Source: an uncultured Bacillaceae bacterium (lineage in GTDB: Bacteria; Bacillota; Bacilli; Bacillales; Bacillaceae_C). From it: a stretch of 64,000 nt of DNA. The notes beneath the pieces were generated by a model. It saw only the letters and a list, made by a program, of their open reading frames with translations, did not search any database and was not told the origin of the DNA. The first letter of the stretch is position 1; every line of letters begins with the position of its first letter. The stretch spans positions 49,829 through 113,828 of the forward strand of contig CAVVKR010000016.1 of the NCBI GenBank assembly GCA_963748745.1. Reading direction: 5' to 3'. Position numbers and translations under genes: made by a program. This document shows positions 46,312-56,397 of the stretch, piece after piece.

Positions 46312-46890
46312 AATGGATGTTTTTATCGTAAAATACGCTTCAAGGAAAAATATTAGTGAAAAAATGGATCACTGTGCTGATGCTCTAATGCTACTGACTC
46401 TGTAAACTATATTTAAGCGAGGATGACTTCACATAGAAGTTGATAAGCTTCACTATCTGCAAACGGTTTCTAAGGTGTCATTTATGTCATTCGCCACTGT
46501 TCTCCTTTAGGTGGGATGTGCTGAACGCATTGTTTATACCTTTGCACATATCAGCATTGTCATTGACTTTATATTTACCTGTTAAGCCCAGGAAAAATTA
46601 CTGATTCTGAGCGATTAGAAAAAAGTTTATTAAATAGAAAAAGAGTAAGAAGCGAAGAAATAAGTTTCTTACTCTTTTTCTATTTGCTCATCAAATGTAC
46701 TAATTACGTTTGACCGAGCGACTGTATATTATATCAATAATCATAGCAAATGACGACGCGAATGATCGCTTAATTGGATAATAGTAGCATATATATCACA
46801 ACTTTCCGAAACTTCCAATCATGAAGTTGTTATATATGTTTATCATAGTATCATATGAAATGATAGATAGTATGTGATGTAAACGATAGT

Positions 46891-47511
46891 ATGAATGAAT
46901 TGAGGAAGATAAGATCAATGAGTGATAGAAGGTATGATCAGTTGTTACGGATTAAAACGGTTGGTATAAGGGAAGTAAATGAGACAAGTCATCATCGCTA
47001 TGAAGCAACACCTTATGTTGCTTTGGATAAGCTTTTTCAAGTCTATCAATTAAAGAAGACAGATCATTTTGTCGATTTTGGATGTGGACGTGGCCGAGTT
47101 GCGTTTTATATTCATTATCATTTTCACCTACCAGTGACAGGGATAGAAGCGAATGATGAAACATTTGCGGAAGCACTAGATAACAAGGAACGTTACCGAT
47201 TAGGTGCTAAACATATAAATGCCCCTATACACTTTGAGTTCGGTCTAGCTGAAGATTATGAAGTCACACCAATGGATAATTGTTTTTATTTTTTCAATCC
47301 CTTTTCCGTTCACATTTTTGCGAAAGTTGTCCAAAATATTTTACGCTCCGTGAAGAAACGGAAGCGACCTGTCGAACTTATCTTGTATTATCCATTGCCT
47401 GAATATAAACGTTTTTTAAAAGAAAACACTCCCTTCCAATTGCTAAATAAAGTGAGAGCGCCAGGACCCCATGGGAAGTATGGGAAGTTCCTCATCTATC
47501 GGTATGCATAA
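46891..47511 (+). CDS. Class I SAM-dependent methyltransferase
   Basis: 206 aa with motif I VDFGCGRGRV. Confidence 0.7.
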   Translation: MNELRKIRSMSDRRYDQLLRIKTVGIREVNETSHHRYEATPYVALDKLFQVYQLKKTDHFVDFGCGRGRVAFYIHYHFHLPVTGIEANDETFAEALDNKERYRLGAKHINAPIHFEFGLAEDYEVTPMDNCFYFFNPFSVHIFAKVVQNILRSVKKRKRPVELILYYPLPEYKRFLKENTPFQLLNKVRAPGPHGKYGKFLIYRYA

Positions 47512-47564
47512 ATCTTCGCGAAACAATGTAAAAAAGGGGCTTTTAGGTTAGCCCCTTTAAAATA

Positions 47565-47855
47565 TTACTTGTTTATAAGCGCAATAATCCCCTCATTATC
47601 GTCTAATACTAGTTCGATTCCCGCAAAAGGATCCTCGTTCAAAAATTCATCCAACCATATTCGTAAAGCTTTAATGATATGAATTGTCTGAAGATCTTCC
47701 CTCTGGCCATTTATGTCAGCTTCTGCTGAAAACCCTTGTTCATCATCATATATCAATTCGACTTCCACTGCATCAGGCTCAAGGTGCTTTTGGCGAGATA
47801 GATAGATACAAATGGCGTTGACAATATCTTGTTCTGAAATAATTAACTGCCCCAT
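47565..47855 (-). CDS. DUF2653 (YxcD-like) small protein
   Basis: 96 aa, acidic. The start overlaps the stop of the upstream gene. Family assigned from memory of the YxcD/YxcE pair. Confidence 0.55.
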   Translation of the reverse strand: MGQLIISEQDIVNAICIYLSRQKHLEPDAVEVELIYDDEQGFSAEADINGQREDLQTIHIIKALRIWLDEFLNEDPFAGIELVLDDNEGIIALINK

Positions 47856-48274
47856 GGATTCATGTCCTCGCTTTTCTTCTGTTGCTTAAAGAGAGAAAAG
47901 ATTTTCCGGATGACAGCAATTACTAGAATGATAGCACCAACATTGATTAATAGTCCTAACATGGAGCCCAATACTCCCATATTAGCGAACAGACTGCCAA
48001 ATAATAAACCAGCTAGACCACCAAACATGAGACCTTTCATTAGTCCCCCTGAACTTGTTTTTTTTGCCGCTGAATTGTTTTTTGGTGCTTCTTCCTTTTG
48101 TTTCTTTTGGAAGTTCGATTGATTGTTCTGACGATTATTTTGCATATTGAAGCTCTTCTTACCAGATTTATATTTTTTGGCCTCCACTGTTGTCGAGTGA
48201 TCTTGAAAAATGCCATTGCCAACAGGTGATAATATAAGCATTGCTGCAAGTATGGTTGTCACAAATTTCTTCAT
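47843..48274 (-). CDS. Secreted or membrane-anchored hypothetical protein
   Basis: N-terminal signal peptide MKKFVTTILAAMLILSP, a low-complexity N/Q/K-rich linker, and a Gly-rich C-terminal TM pair. Confidence 0.6.
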   Translation of the reverse strand: MKKFVTTILAAMLILSPVGNGIFQDHSTTVEAKKYKSGKKSFNMQNNRQNNQSNFQKKQKEEAPKNNSAAKKTSSGGLMKGLMFGGLAGLLFGSLFANMGVLGSMLGLLINVGAIILVIAVIRKIFSLFKQQKKSEDMNPWGS

Positions 48275-48573
48275 ATTTATTACCTCCGATGATAGTTAAA
48301 TGATTGGTTGAAAAAGGAATACTAATATACAATTATAGCTTATTTTTTGTTGATCAACCAAGGAAGAGGTTCAGTGATGGCCAAACTCATACTAATTGTT
48401 GAATTTTTTCAAATAATATTTCATTTTCACACGAAAGTAAATATTTCCCTAGACATAATCTTCATAAAGGATGATTGCCTCATGACATAGGTGCAAGAAA
48501 GAAACATGAAAAAAATTCCTCTTATAAAATATGCAAAATAAACCAATCTATTAACGAAAAGGGAGGTATATGT

Positions 48574-49008
48574 ATGCAACAATTACGCAATATCATGACA
48601 ACAAATGTGCTGACAGTGAATGAGTCCCAGTCTGTACAAGAGGCCGCAGCGCTAATGAGCGAATATAATATAGGATCTATTCCTGTAGTTAATAATAGCG
48701 GTCAGATGGTTGGGATTATTACTGACCGTGATATTACACTTCGTTCGACAGCACAAGGTGAAAATGCACAGACACCTGTATCGCAAGTGATGACTGCTCA
48801 ACAAATTGTACAAGGGACTCCAGATATGGATGTCCAGCAAGCAGCTCAATTAATGGCTCAGCAACAAATTCGCCGTTTGCCAGTTATTGAAAATGGGCAA
48901 CTTGTTGGGATGATAGCTCTAGGTGATTTGGCTGTCGATAACTTATCGAATCATGCAGCTGGAGAGGCGTTATCGAGTATTTCGACACCTTCAGACCCAC
49001 AAATGTAA
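48574..49008 (+). CDS. CBS-domain pair protein
   Basis: Start at the ATG at 48574 after GGGAGG. Two CBS repeats (IMTTNVLTV...GIITDRDI and RRLPVIENGQLVGMIALGDL). Confidence 0.85.
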   Translation: MQQLRNIMTTNVLTVNESQSVQEAAALMSEYNIGSIPVVNNSGQMVGIITDRDITLRSTAQGENAQTPVSQVMTAQQIVQGTPDMDVQQAAQLMAQQQIRRLPVIENGQLVGMIALGDLAVDNLSNHAAGEALSSISTPSDPQM

Positions 49009-49217
49009 CGGAGAGCAAACTTTTGAAGGGAAAAGAAGCACAAGAACGTTGATATGATCAGCGTTCTTGTTGTTTGTTTTTGATGAAGTAAGTGGATAGC
49101 TAGTATTAGGAGTTTTTCACTTACAGAACGACTTAGAAGGCATAAGTAATCGCTACATCTAAAAAAACAGACTAGAGCTCAGTTCAGATGAGCGCTAGTC
49201 TATTTGCGAAAATATGA

Positions 49218-50708
49218 TTAATGAACACCTTTCATTAAGCGTTGAATCCTCGGTGCGATCAGGAATAGAAGTAGACTGAGTAGGATGGATATGCCACCAA
49301 TCACACCGAAATATAGCATTTCCGTTTCAGCTGAGTAAAACTTAACAATTTGGGCATTAATTGCTTGAGCAGCTGCATTTGATAGAAACCATAAACTCAT
49401 CGTTTGTGCTGAGAAGGCGGCAGGTGCTAGTTTCGTCGTTGCTGATAGTCCGACAGGTGATAAGCATAGCTCACCGAGCACTACAATAAAATAACTAAGA
49501 ACGAGCCATAATGGATTTACTAATGAATCGCTCCCACCTAAATAAGCAGGTAAAAGAATGACGAGAAACGATAAGCCAGCGAATAATAAGCCTAATGAAA
49601 ACTTTTGCGGGATTGTCGGCTGCCGGTCTCCTAATTTCATCCATAACCAAGCGAATACAGGTGCCAGTGTAATAATAAAGAGCGGATTTAATGATTGAAA
49701 CCAAGCGGGTGAAATATGAATACTACCAAAATCCAACTGTGTTCGTTTATCTGCATAATTGGCTAAGATCGTTGATCCTTGTTCTAAAATTGCCCAGAAC
49801 ATAACTGAGGCGATAAAGAGCGGAATGTAAGCGATAATACGTGAGCGCTCTTTATCGGTTGTTTTCGAACTGCGATACATGACAACAAAATAAATAATTG
49901 GAATCAATAGGCCGAGAAAGCCAATTAGCGCAATAAAGCTATCAACAGTTAGGATTCCTTTGGGAATAGTAATAGCACAAATAATGGCAATCATCGTTGT
50001 CCCTAGTCCAATGATTGTGAAAGTTTTTTTCTTTTTCTGTGGTGATAACGGATTTGGTACATTTGTGCCAGCTAAACCGAGATTTTTTTTCTTCGTAACA
50101 ACAAAGGTGACTAAACCTATAAACATACCGATAGCAGCTAAGCCGAAACCTAAGTGAAAGTTATATTTCATACCGACGGTGCCAACCATTAATGGGGCTA
50201 AAAATCCGCCAAGATTGATACCCATATAAAAAATACTAAATCCTGCATCACGGCGATGATCTTCCGTAGCGTAGAGATCCCCTACCACACTGGAAACATT
50301 TGGTTTTAGCAAACCTGTTCCAATCACAATCAGAACCATAGAAACGAAAAACATAGAGACGCTTCCAGGGATTGCTAAGAAGAGATGTCCAAACATAATT
50401 AAAATCCCGCCGTAAAAGATGGCTTTTGAAGTACCAAACAGTCTATCAGCCATCCATCCACCGATAATTCCCGACATATATACTAATGCTCCATAGATGG
50501 ACATAATTGATAAGGCAGTAGATTCATTAAGTCCTAAGCCACCTTTAGAGACTTCGTAGTACATATAATAAACTAAGATTGCTCGCATTCCATAGTATGA
50601 AAAACGTTCCCAAAATTCTGTGAAAAAAAGCGTAAATAGACCTTTAGGATGTCCGAAAAAGCCTTTTTGAGGGACGCTTTCCACAATTTCTTGTTTCAAA
50701 TCTGACAT
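49218..50708 (-). CDS. dtpT: Di-/tripeptide:proton symporter (POT/PTR2 family, DtpT-like)
   Basis: 496 aa with the PTR2 signatures FWERFSYYGMRAILVYYM and GGWMADRLFG. Polytopic. Confidence 0.9.
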   Translation of the reverse strand: MSDLKQEIVESVPQKGFFGHPKGLFTLFFTEFWERFSYYGMRAILVYYMYYEVSKGGLGLNESTALSIMSIYGALVYMSGIIGGWMADRLFGTSKAIFYGGILIMFGHLFLAIPGSVSMFFVSMVLIVIGTGLLKPNVSSVVGDLYATEDHRRDAGFSIFYMGINLGGFLAPLMVGTVGMKYNFHLGFGLAAIGMFIGLVTFVVTKKKNLGLAGTNVPNPLSPQKKKKTFTIIGLGTTMIAIICAITIPKGILTVDSFIALIGFLGLLIPIIYFVVMYRSSKTTDKERSRIIAYIPLFIASVMFWAILEQGSTILANYADKRTQLDFGSIHISPAWFQSLNPLFIITLAPVFAWLWMKLGDRQPTIPQKFSLGLLFAGLSFLVILLPAYLGGSDSLVNPLWLVLSYFIVVLGELCLSPVGLSATTKLAPAAFSAQTMSLWFLSNAAAQAINAQIVKFYSAETEMLYFGVIGGISILLSLLLFLIAPRIQRLMKGVH

Positions 50709-50897
50709 TTTAAAAACTTCCTTTATTTATGTATTTCTATACAATAATACTTTTAATAGTTTTAAAATGTCAAAATTATTTCCGAAATAAAAAGATTTAA
50801 TAGATATATATTCAATATGACATAAACTATATTAAAATAATAAACAATCGAGAATATTTAAAATTGATCAATGCTACATTCTTTTTTAACCTATGAA

Positions 50898-51389
50898 CTA
50901 CATTATCCAATGATAGATATCTACGCCAAACATAACGAGAAGCCCTGTTCCAACAGCCCAGATGATAATACTAATCGTTTGCCAAAGTGCGACTCGAGCT
51001 TTACTGGCGCCCGCAACGATGGAAACAAGGGCTCCAATATTATTAGTAACGGTTACAGGACCCATAAGTGAAATTCCTTGTACTCCATATTTATTGAAAT
51101 AGCCCCTTGCTTTTCGCATACGTTTATGAAAAAAGCCATCAGTATGACTATGATCCCTTTTGAAAAACTTGGATCTGAAAAAAGTTAAAATTGTAATTAT
51201 GCCCATTACTGAAAGCCAAGTGGCAAGAATGTTTAAAATAATGGTAGGAATGAAAGGTAAACCTAAAAGTAAGCCGATTGGTACGGCTACATACGCTTCA
51301 AATAACGGAAATAACGCGAACAAAAATATCGCTATGTATTGGTAAAAAACATTAACTTCTGAAATTGTTTGAAATATATCTTGAAGCAA
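50898..51389 (-). CDS. Small membrane protein (putative small multidrug export family, COG2426-like)
   Basis: 163 aa with four or five TM helices. TTG start after GAGGAGGG. The family call is from memory and tentative. Confidence 0.55.
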   Translation of the reverse strand: MLQDIFQTISEVNVFYQYIAIFLFALFPLFEAYVAVPIGLLLGLPFIPTIILNILATWLSVMGIITILTFFRSKFFKRDHSHTDGFFHKRMRKARGYFNKYGVQGISLMGPVTVTNNIGALVSIVAGASKARVALWQTISIIIWAVGTGLLVMFGVDIYHWIM

Positions 51390-52084
51390 ATGAAGCCCTC
51401 CTCTCTGAAATTCAATTCAAAGTTTACCTTTTTCGGAAAATAGGCTTAAAAAGGATTGACCCCCTTTGAATGTTATTGCCTTCTCCTAATGTTTAAGCTG
51501 TTTCAAGAGCAATCTTCCAAATTATTATTCTACTATTCGGAATATTCCCTTCATAATATCAATATTAGATTCCTTCAGTATAGTAAATAGTATATGACAT
51601 GTTGTTGTTACTTTCCAAGTTAATTTTCGGGGCTTTTGAAATTATTTTATATGTCTCATTTTTTATTAAACAAAGAGATCGTTTATTTCATTGCTCTCTC
51701 TGTTTAGGGGTGAGAGGGGGTATTTTTTATAATAATTTAGAACCGCATTGATATGATATTTATCAATTACTTGTCCATATAATGCACCTCTTAGGTCGAA
51801 TGTCATTTTCCGTCAATCATTTAAAGAATCTCAAACATGTTTCATTTTCACTTTCAAATGGTAAAATAATTTTTACGTTATCCCCGTAGGAATCAGCAAA
51901 ATGGATATGATGATTGCCTAGTTGTTAGTGACTGCTTCTTTGCAATTTCTAACAATCCACAAAAGGACTGACACTTTTCACTCGTTATTTAAGTGATCAA
52001 TTATTTTTTGAAAATCAGCAAGAATGTTGCAAAAGATTGAAAATGAAATCGATTATTAAGGTGATGATATTTGAATAAGGATTA

Positions 52085-52122
52085 AAACACACACACATAA
52101 TCATTTTTACGTGTGTGTGTTT
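52085..52122 (-). terminator. Terminator downstream of the siderophore-binding protein gene
   Basis: aaacacacacac/gtgtgtgtgttt 12-bp stem with a 14-nt loop and T-runs on both strands. Confidence 0.75.
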
Positions 52123-52140
52123 AAATTGCTAATCACTTTC

Positions 52141-53103
52141 TTATTTTAAAAATATTTCTTCAATGTCATCGAGCATTAAGTTTGCAGCCAAAACACCGCC
52201 AGCAGTATTCCATATGACATCGTCTACTTGGTGGACATTCCCTTTTTTCGTTGCGTGTAAGTTTTGAAATAATGGATCATTAATCCAATCTTTTGCTGCT
52301 TTTGTTGCTTCACCGTCGCCTGTATCATAAACAAAGTAAAAGATCATATCTCCATCCATAGCAGGAATACGCTCTTTAGTAACGTTTCGTTCTGCAAAGT
52401 CATCTTTATCTTGTTCAGCAGGGCGAGCAAATCCAAGTTGATCTAAAATAACGCCTGAAAATGAATCTTTATGATAAATACGCACATCACCTGGCATAAA
52501 GCGAACCATCGAAATTTCTTTTTTCGTTTCAGCGCCTAGCTTCTCTTTTAATGAGGAAATACGTTGATTGTATTCGTCTAATACTTTTTTCCCTTCTTTC
52601 TCTTTATTAATGGCTTTAGCATACAACTTAAAATTATCTTGCCATTCGCCACGCAATGTTTCAGCAAATACAGTTGGAGCAATACCATTTAGATGGTCAT
52701 ATATTTTCTCGTGACGCATCTTATTGCCAATGATCAAATCTGGTTCCAGTTTGGCAATCGCTTCGAGATTCACTTCCAATTCTGTACCAACTACTTGAAC
52801 CCCCTCAAGCTCATCAGCTAAATGCTTATACCAGGAATCGCCAATAGGTGGTTTTACAGCACCAACTGGTTTGACCCCCATTGCTAATAAGGCTTCGATC
52901 CCTTCATTCGTTAAGATAACAATTTTTTTTGGTGTTCCTTCTATGTCTGTAGATCCCATTGCATGTTCTATCGTATAGACTTCGCTTTTGTTCTCTTTTT
53001 TTGCTGTTTGTTTATTTTCATCCTCTTGATCTTTTCCGCATGCGACAAGTGCCATCGTCATTACAACGGCAAGGATAAAAACAAAAGATAATTTTCTCTT
53101 CAT
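52141..53103 (-). CDS. Iron-siderophore ABC transporter substrate-binding lipoprotein
   Basis: Start at the ATG at 53103 after GGGAGGAAGG. Lipobox LVACG. FhuD/FatB-type periplasmic binding-protein fold features. Divergent from the permease operon across a region carrying Fur boxes. Confidence 0.88.
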   Translation of the reverse strand: MKRKLSFVFILAVVMTMALVACGKDQEDENKQTAKKENKSEVYTIEHAMGSTDIEGTPKKIVILTNEGIEALLAMGVKPVGAVKPPIGDSWYKHLADELEGVQVVGTELEVNLEAIAKLEPDLIIGNKMRHEKIYDHLNGIAPTVFAETLRGEWQDNFKLYAKAINKEKEGKKVLDEYNQRISSLKEKLGAETKKEISMVRFMPGDVRIYHKDSFSGVILDQLGFARPAEQDKDDFAERNVTKERIPAMDGDMIFYFVYDTGDGEATKAAKDWINDPLFQNLHATKKGNVHQVDDVIWNTAGGVLAANLMLDDIEEIFLK

Positions 53104-53125
53104 ATGCCTTCCTCCCATTTCCATA

Positions 53126-53144
53126 ATTGAAAATGATTTTCAAT
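53126..53144. promoter_or_regulatory. Fur box
   Basis: Perfect 19-bp palindrome ATTGAAAATGATTTTCAAT. The core TGAAAATGATTTTCA differs from the 7-1-7 Fur motif TGATAATNATTATCA at two symmetric positions. Confidence 0.75.
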
Positions 53145-53194
53145 ATCTATCATACAAATCATAAATAAGGGCGTAAATCTTGTCAAGGTAAAAA

Positions 53195-53209
53195 TGATAT
53201 TGATTCTCA
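53195..53209. promoter_or_regulatory. Second Fur-like box
   Basis: TGATATTGATTCTCA, with two mismatches to TGATAATNATTATCA. It lies upstream of the permease operon. Confidence 0.6.
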
Positions 53210-53280
53210 AACTCATTGACATTTATATTCTATGTATTTACACTTAAATCAATCATGTCTAATAGAAAGGTATTCTTTTA

Positions 53281-54282
53281 ATGGCTCAATATACGTTTTT
53301 TCATAAAGTATCACTGCTAATTTTTTCTTTTATAGCTGTTATTATTCTTGGTGGATTAAGTATCATTCTAGGATACACAGATACGTCTATTCAAGTTGCT
53401 ATTGATGCTTTTGTAGCCTTCGATGGTTCAACTGAGCACCTCATTATAAAAGATGTTCGTTTGCCAAGAGCGCTGATTGCAACTGTTGTTGGTGCTTCAC
53501 TGGCGATAGCAGGGGTAATTATGCAAACTTTGACGAAGAACCCACTTGCATCTCCAAGTATTTTTGGTGTGAATGCTGGAGCAGGTTTTTTTGTTGTTGT
53601 AGGTGTTGTCTTTTTTCAGTCGACAAGTATCCAAACTTTTGCATTACTCGCTTTTTTAGGTGCGGCTATTGCTTCTGTTTCCGTCTTTATATTAGGAAAT
53701 GCGGGGAGAGAGGGTTTGACACCAATGAAACTCACTTTAGCTGGTGCTGCGATCATGGCTTTTTAGTTCCTTTACACAAGGGCTACTTGTCTTAAATGAG
53801 GCTGCACTTGAACAAGTGCTTTTTTGGTTAGCAGGATCTGTTGAGGGAAGAAAGCTATCATTGTTAACAAATATTTTTCCATATATTATAGTAGGTATTT
53901 TTATTAGATGTCCATAGCTAACAAAATGAATATTTTAGCGATGGGTGATGATGTAGCAACTAATCTAGGGTTAAAAACTGGTTGGGTAAAGGTCATATCC
54001 CTATTAGCAGTTGTTCTTCTCGCTGGAGGAGCAGTAGCGATAGCAGGACCAATCGGATTTATTGGAATTATCGTTCCTCATATTGCAAGAAAAATCATTG
54101 GTATTGATCATCGTTGGTTGTTACCTCTATCCGGGTTATTTGGTGCCATCTTGCTGTTAAGTGCAGATATTAGTGCACGATATCTCATTATGCCTCAAGA
54201 AGTACCTGTTGGAGTGATGACAGCAATAATAGGTGTTCCATTTTTCGTTTATATTGCAAGGAAGGGGTTTCGAGAACGATGA
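53281..54282 (+). pseudogene. FecCD-family siderophore ABC permease, with two compensating frameshifts
   Basis: ORFs at 53281-53766 and 53908-54282 share one frame. The conserved middle (FSSFTQGLLVLNEAALEQVLFWLAGSVEGRKLSLLTNIFPYIIVGIFI) is read in another frame between about 53762 and 53905. Confidence 0.88.
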
Positions 54283-55334
54283 AAAAATACTGGACGATTC
54301 GTCTTTGGAATGATCGACTGTCATATATGATTGATCGCTCATTGGCGATGAAAACGTTCTTGTTATTAGCTATTTGTATGGTTGTCTTTCTTGGAAGTAT
54401 TGCATTAGGCGATATTAAATTGTCCCCTGTCCAATTATTTGAAGTGTTTTTAGGAAATGGCTCTAAATTAAATGAGCTTGTCGTTTTTCAATTTAGGATG
54501 CCAAGAATCATTGTTTCTCTTATGGTCGGGATTGCCTTAGCGATTGCGGGGGCGATCTTACAAGGAATGGTTCGTAATCCATTAGCTTCACCAGATATTA
54601 TTGGAATTACAGGTGGGGCAAGTGTTGGAGTTGTTGCCTTTTTAGCTATTTTTAGCGACGCGAATAATGTACTGACAGTCTCTATTCAATGGATGCCTGT
54701 CGCTGCTTTTCTAGGAGCAACTGTGACCGCTTTTCTCGTTTATATTTTAGCTTGGCGAAAAGGTGTATCACCGATTAGACTTGTATTAATTGGAATAGGT
54801 ATTTCCGCGCTTATGCAGGCAATGACAACGATGTTCATGCTTTTTGGACCGATTTATCAAGCAAGTCAAGCGAATGTTTGGATCACTGGGACAGTGAATG
54901 GATCGAGATGGGGAGATGTGCAAGTACTTGTTCCTTGGGTTGTTGTTTTGTCTATACTAGCTTTTGTTATGTCCCGTCACTTAAACATTCAAGAGCTTGG
55001 CGATGATTTAACAAAAGCGGTAGGCGAGAGATTACAAACGCGGCGATTACTTTTTCTTTTACTTGCAACCGGTCTTGTCGGAAGTGCCGTTGCTTTTGCT
55101 GGGGGAATTGGATTTGTTGGTTTAATGGCCCCACACATGGCTCGACGCCTTGTTGGTTCATCATATGGTGTATTAATCCCTGCCTCTGCACTACTCGGTG
55201 GACTACTGGTGATGCTTGCCGATTTAATTGGACGCACATTCTTTTTACCGTTAGAAGTACCTGCTGGTGTGTTTACTGCAGCGATCGGCGCCCCGTATTT
55301 TATTTACTTGCTGTTTCGAACAAGAAATGCCTGA
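54279..55334 (+). CDS. FecCD-family siderophore ABC permease (second subunit)
   Basis: 351 aa with typical FecCD motifs (RNPLASPDIIGITGGAS, GGIGFVGLMAPHMARRLVG). ATGA overlap with the upstream gene. Confidence 0.92.
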   Translation: MKKYWTIRLWNDRLSYMIDRSLAMKTFLLLAICMVVFLGSIALGDIKLSPVQLFEVFLGNGSKLNELVVFQFRMPRIIVSLMVGIALAIAGAILQGMVRNPLASPDIIGITGGASVGVVAFLAIFSDANNVLTVSIQWMPVAAFLGATVTAFLVYILAWRKGVSPIRLVLIGIGISALMQAMTTMFMLFGPIYQASQANVWITGTVNGSRWGDVQVLVPWVVVLSILAFVMSRHLNIQELGDDLTKAVGERLQTRRLLFLLLATGLVGSAVAFAGGIGFVGLMAPHMARRLVGSSYGVLIPASALLGGLLVMLADLIGRTFFLPLEVPAGVFTAAIGAPYFIYLLFRTRNA

Positions 55335-55371
55335 TCAGAAAGGTTAAGCAGAATGAAAGGAGAATGAATGT

Positions 55372-56190
55372 ATGATTGAGACAAAGTCTTTAACATTAGG
55401 TTATGGTGAATCAATCATTATTCGCAATTTAGATTTAGTTATACAAAAAGGGAAAATTACGGTATTAATAGGTGGGAATGGTTCGGGAAAATCAACTCTT
55501 CTTCGTTCGTTTGCAAGACTGTTAAAACCTCAACAAGGCTCTGTTGTGTTAAATGGCAAAATGATTGAAAAGTTACCGACAAAAAAAGTAGCGCAAGAAT
55601 TAGCTATCTTACCACAATCTCCTGTGACACCAGAAGGATTAACTGTCTTTCAGCTCGTGAAGCAAGGAAGATATCCTTACCAAACGTGGTTGAAACAATG
55701 GTCGAAAAAAGATGAAGAAGTCGTTAACCGTGCATTGGAAGCAACTGGAATGATGGAATTAAAGGATCGATTCGTAGATGAGCTTTCAGGCGGTCAAAGG
55801 CAACGTGCTTGGATTGCGATGACATTAGCTCAAGATACCGAAATGATATTACTAGATGAACCTACGACTTATTTAGATTTAACTCACCAAATTGAAATCC
55901 TTGATTTATTATTTGAACTAAATGAAAGGGAAGAGAAGACAATCGTTATGGTGCTTCACGATCTTAATTTAGCATCTCGCTATGCTCACCAGTTAGTTGC
56001 AATCAAAAATCAAACCGTTTATGCACAAGGAAAGCCTGAAGATATCATCAGTTGTGAAATGGTGAAGCACGTTTTCGATATGCATTGCCAAGTAACGATC
56101 GATCCCCTCTTTGGAACGCCACTATGCATTCCGCACGGGAAAGGTCGTTGCATCTTACCAAAAATCGCTAATCGAAAAGATTTGAAGTGA
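55372..56190 (+). CDS. Iron-siderophore ABC transporter ATP-binding protein
   Basis: Walker A GGNGSGKSTLL, signature LSGGQRQRAWIA, Walker B ILLDEPTTYLD. Confidence 0.93.
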   Translation: MIETKSLTLGYGESIIIRNLDLVIQKGKITVLIGGNGSGKSTLLRSFARLLKPQQGSVVLNGKMIEKLPTKKVAQELAILPQSPVTPEGLTVFQLVKQGRYPYQTWLKQWSKKDEEVVNRALEATGMMELKDRFVDELSGGQRQRAWIAMTLAQDTEMILLDEPTTYLDLTHQIEILDLLFELNEREEKTIVMVLHDLNLASRYAHQLVAIKNQTVYAQGKPEDIISCEMVKHVFDMHCQVTIDPLFGTPLCIPHGKGRCILPKIANRKDLK

Positions 56191-56397
56191 TATTTTTCCT
56201 AAAATATGTAAGGGGGAAATGTAGAACCATAACAATGAGCAAGCGTATGACCGATTGAAGAATGGACCCATCTACATCGACAATTGTTATTCGACCAAGT
56301 GTTGATTAACGTAAAAAGTTTTAGAACTGCACATAAAAAGGACCGTCCCCTTGTCATTTTTCCTGACTGATTGGACAGCCCTTCCTTTTTATCTGTT

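Noticed and set aside
50774-50790. CodY-box-like sequence AATTATTTCCGAAATAA upstream of the dtpT-like gene.
   Set aside because: Only the TTTCnGAAA core matches AATTTTCWGAAAATT, with about 7 of 15 positions mismatched. That is too degenerate in AT-rich DNA.
52088-52120. (CA)n and (GT)n dinucleotide runs that look like a microsatellite or repeat array.
   Set aside because: The two runs are inverted complements forming the stem of a terminator hairpin directly after a gene stop. It is not a tandem repeat array or a CRISPR.
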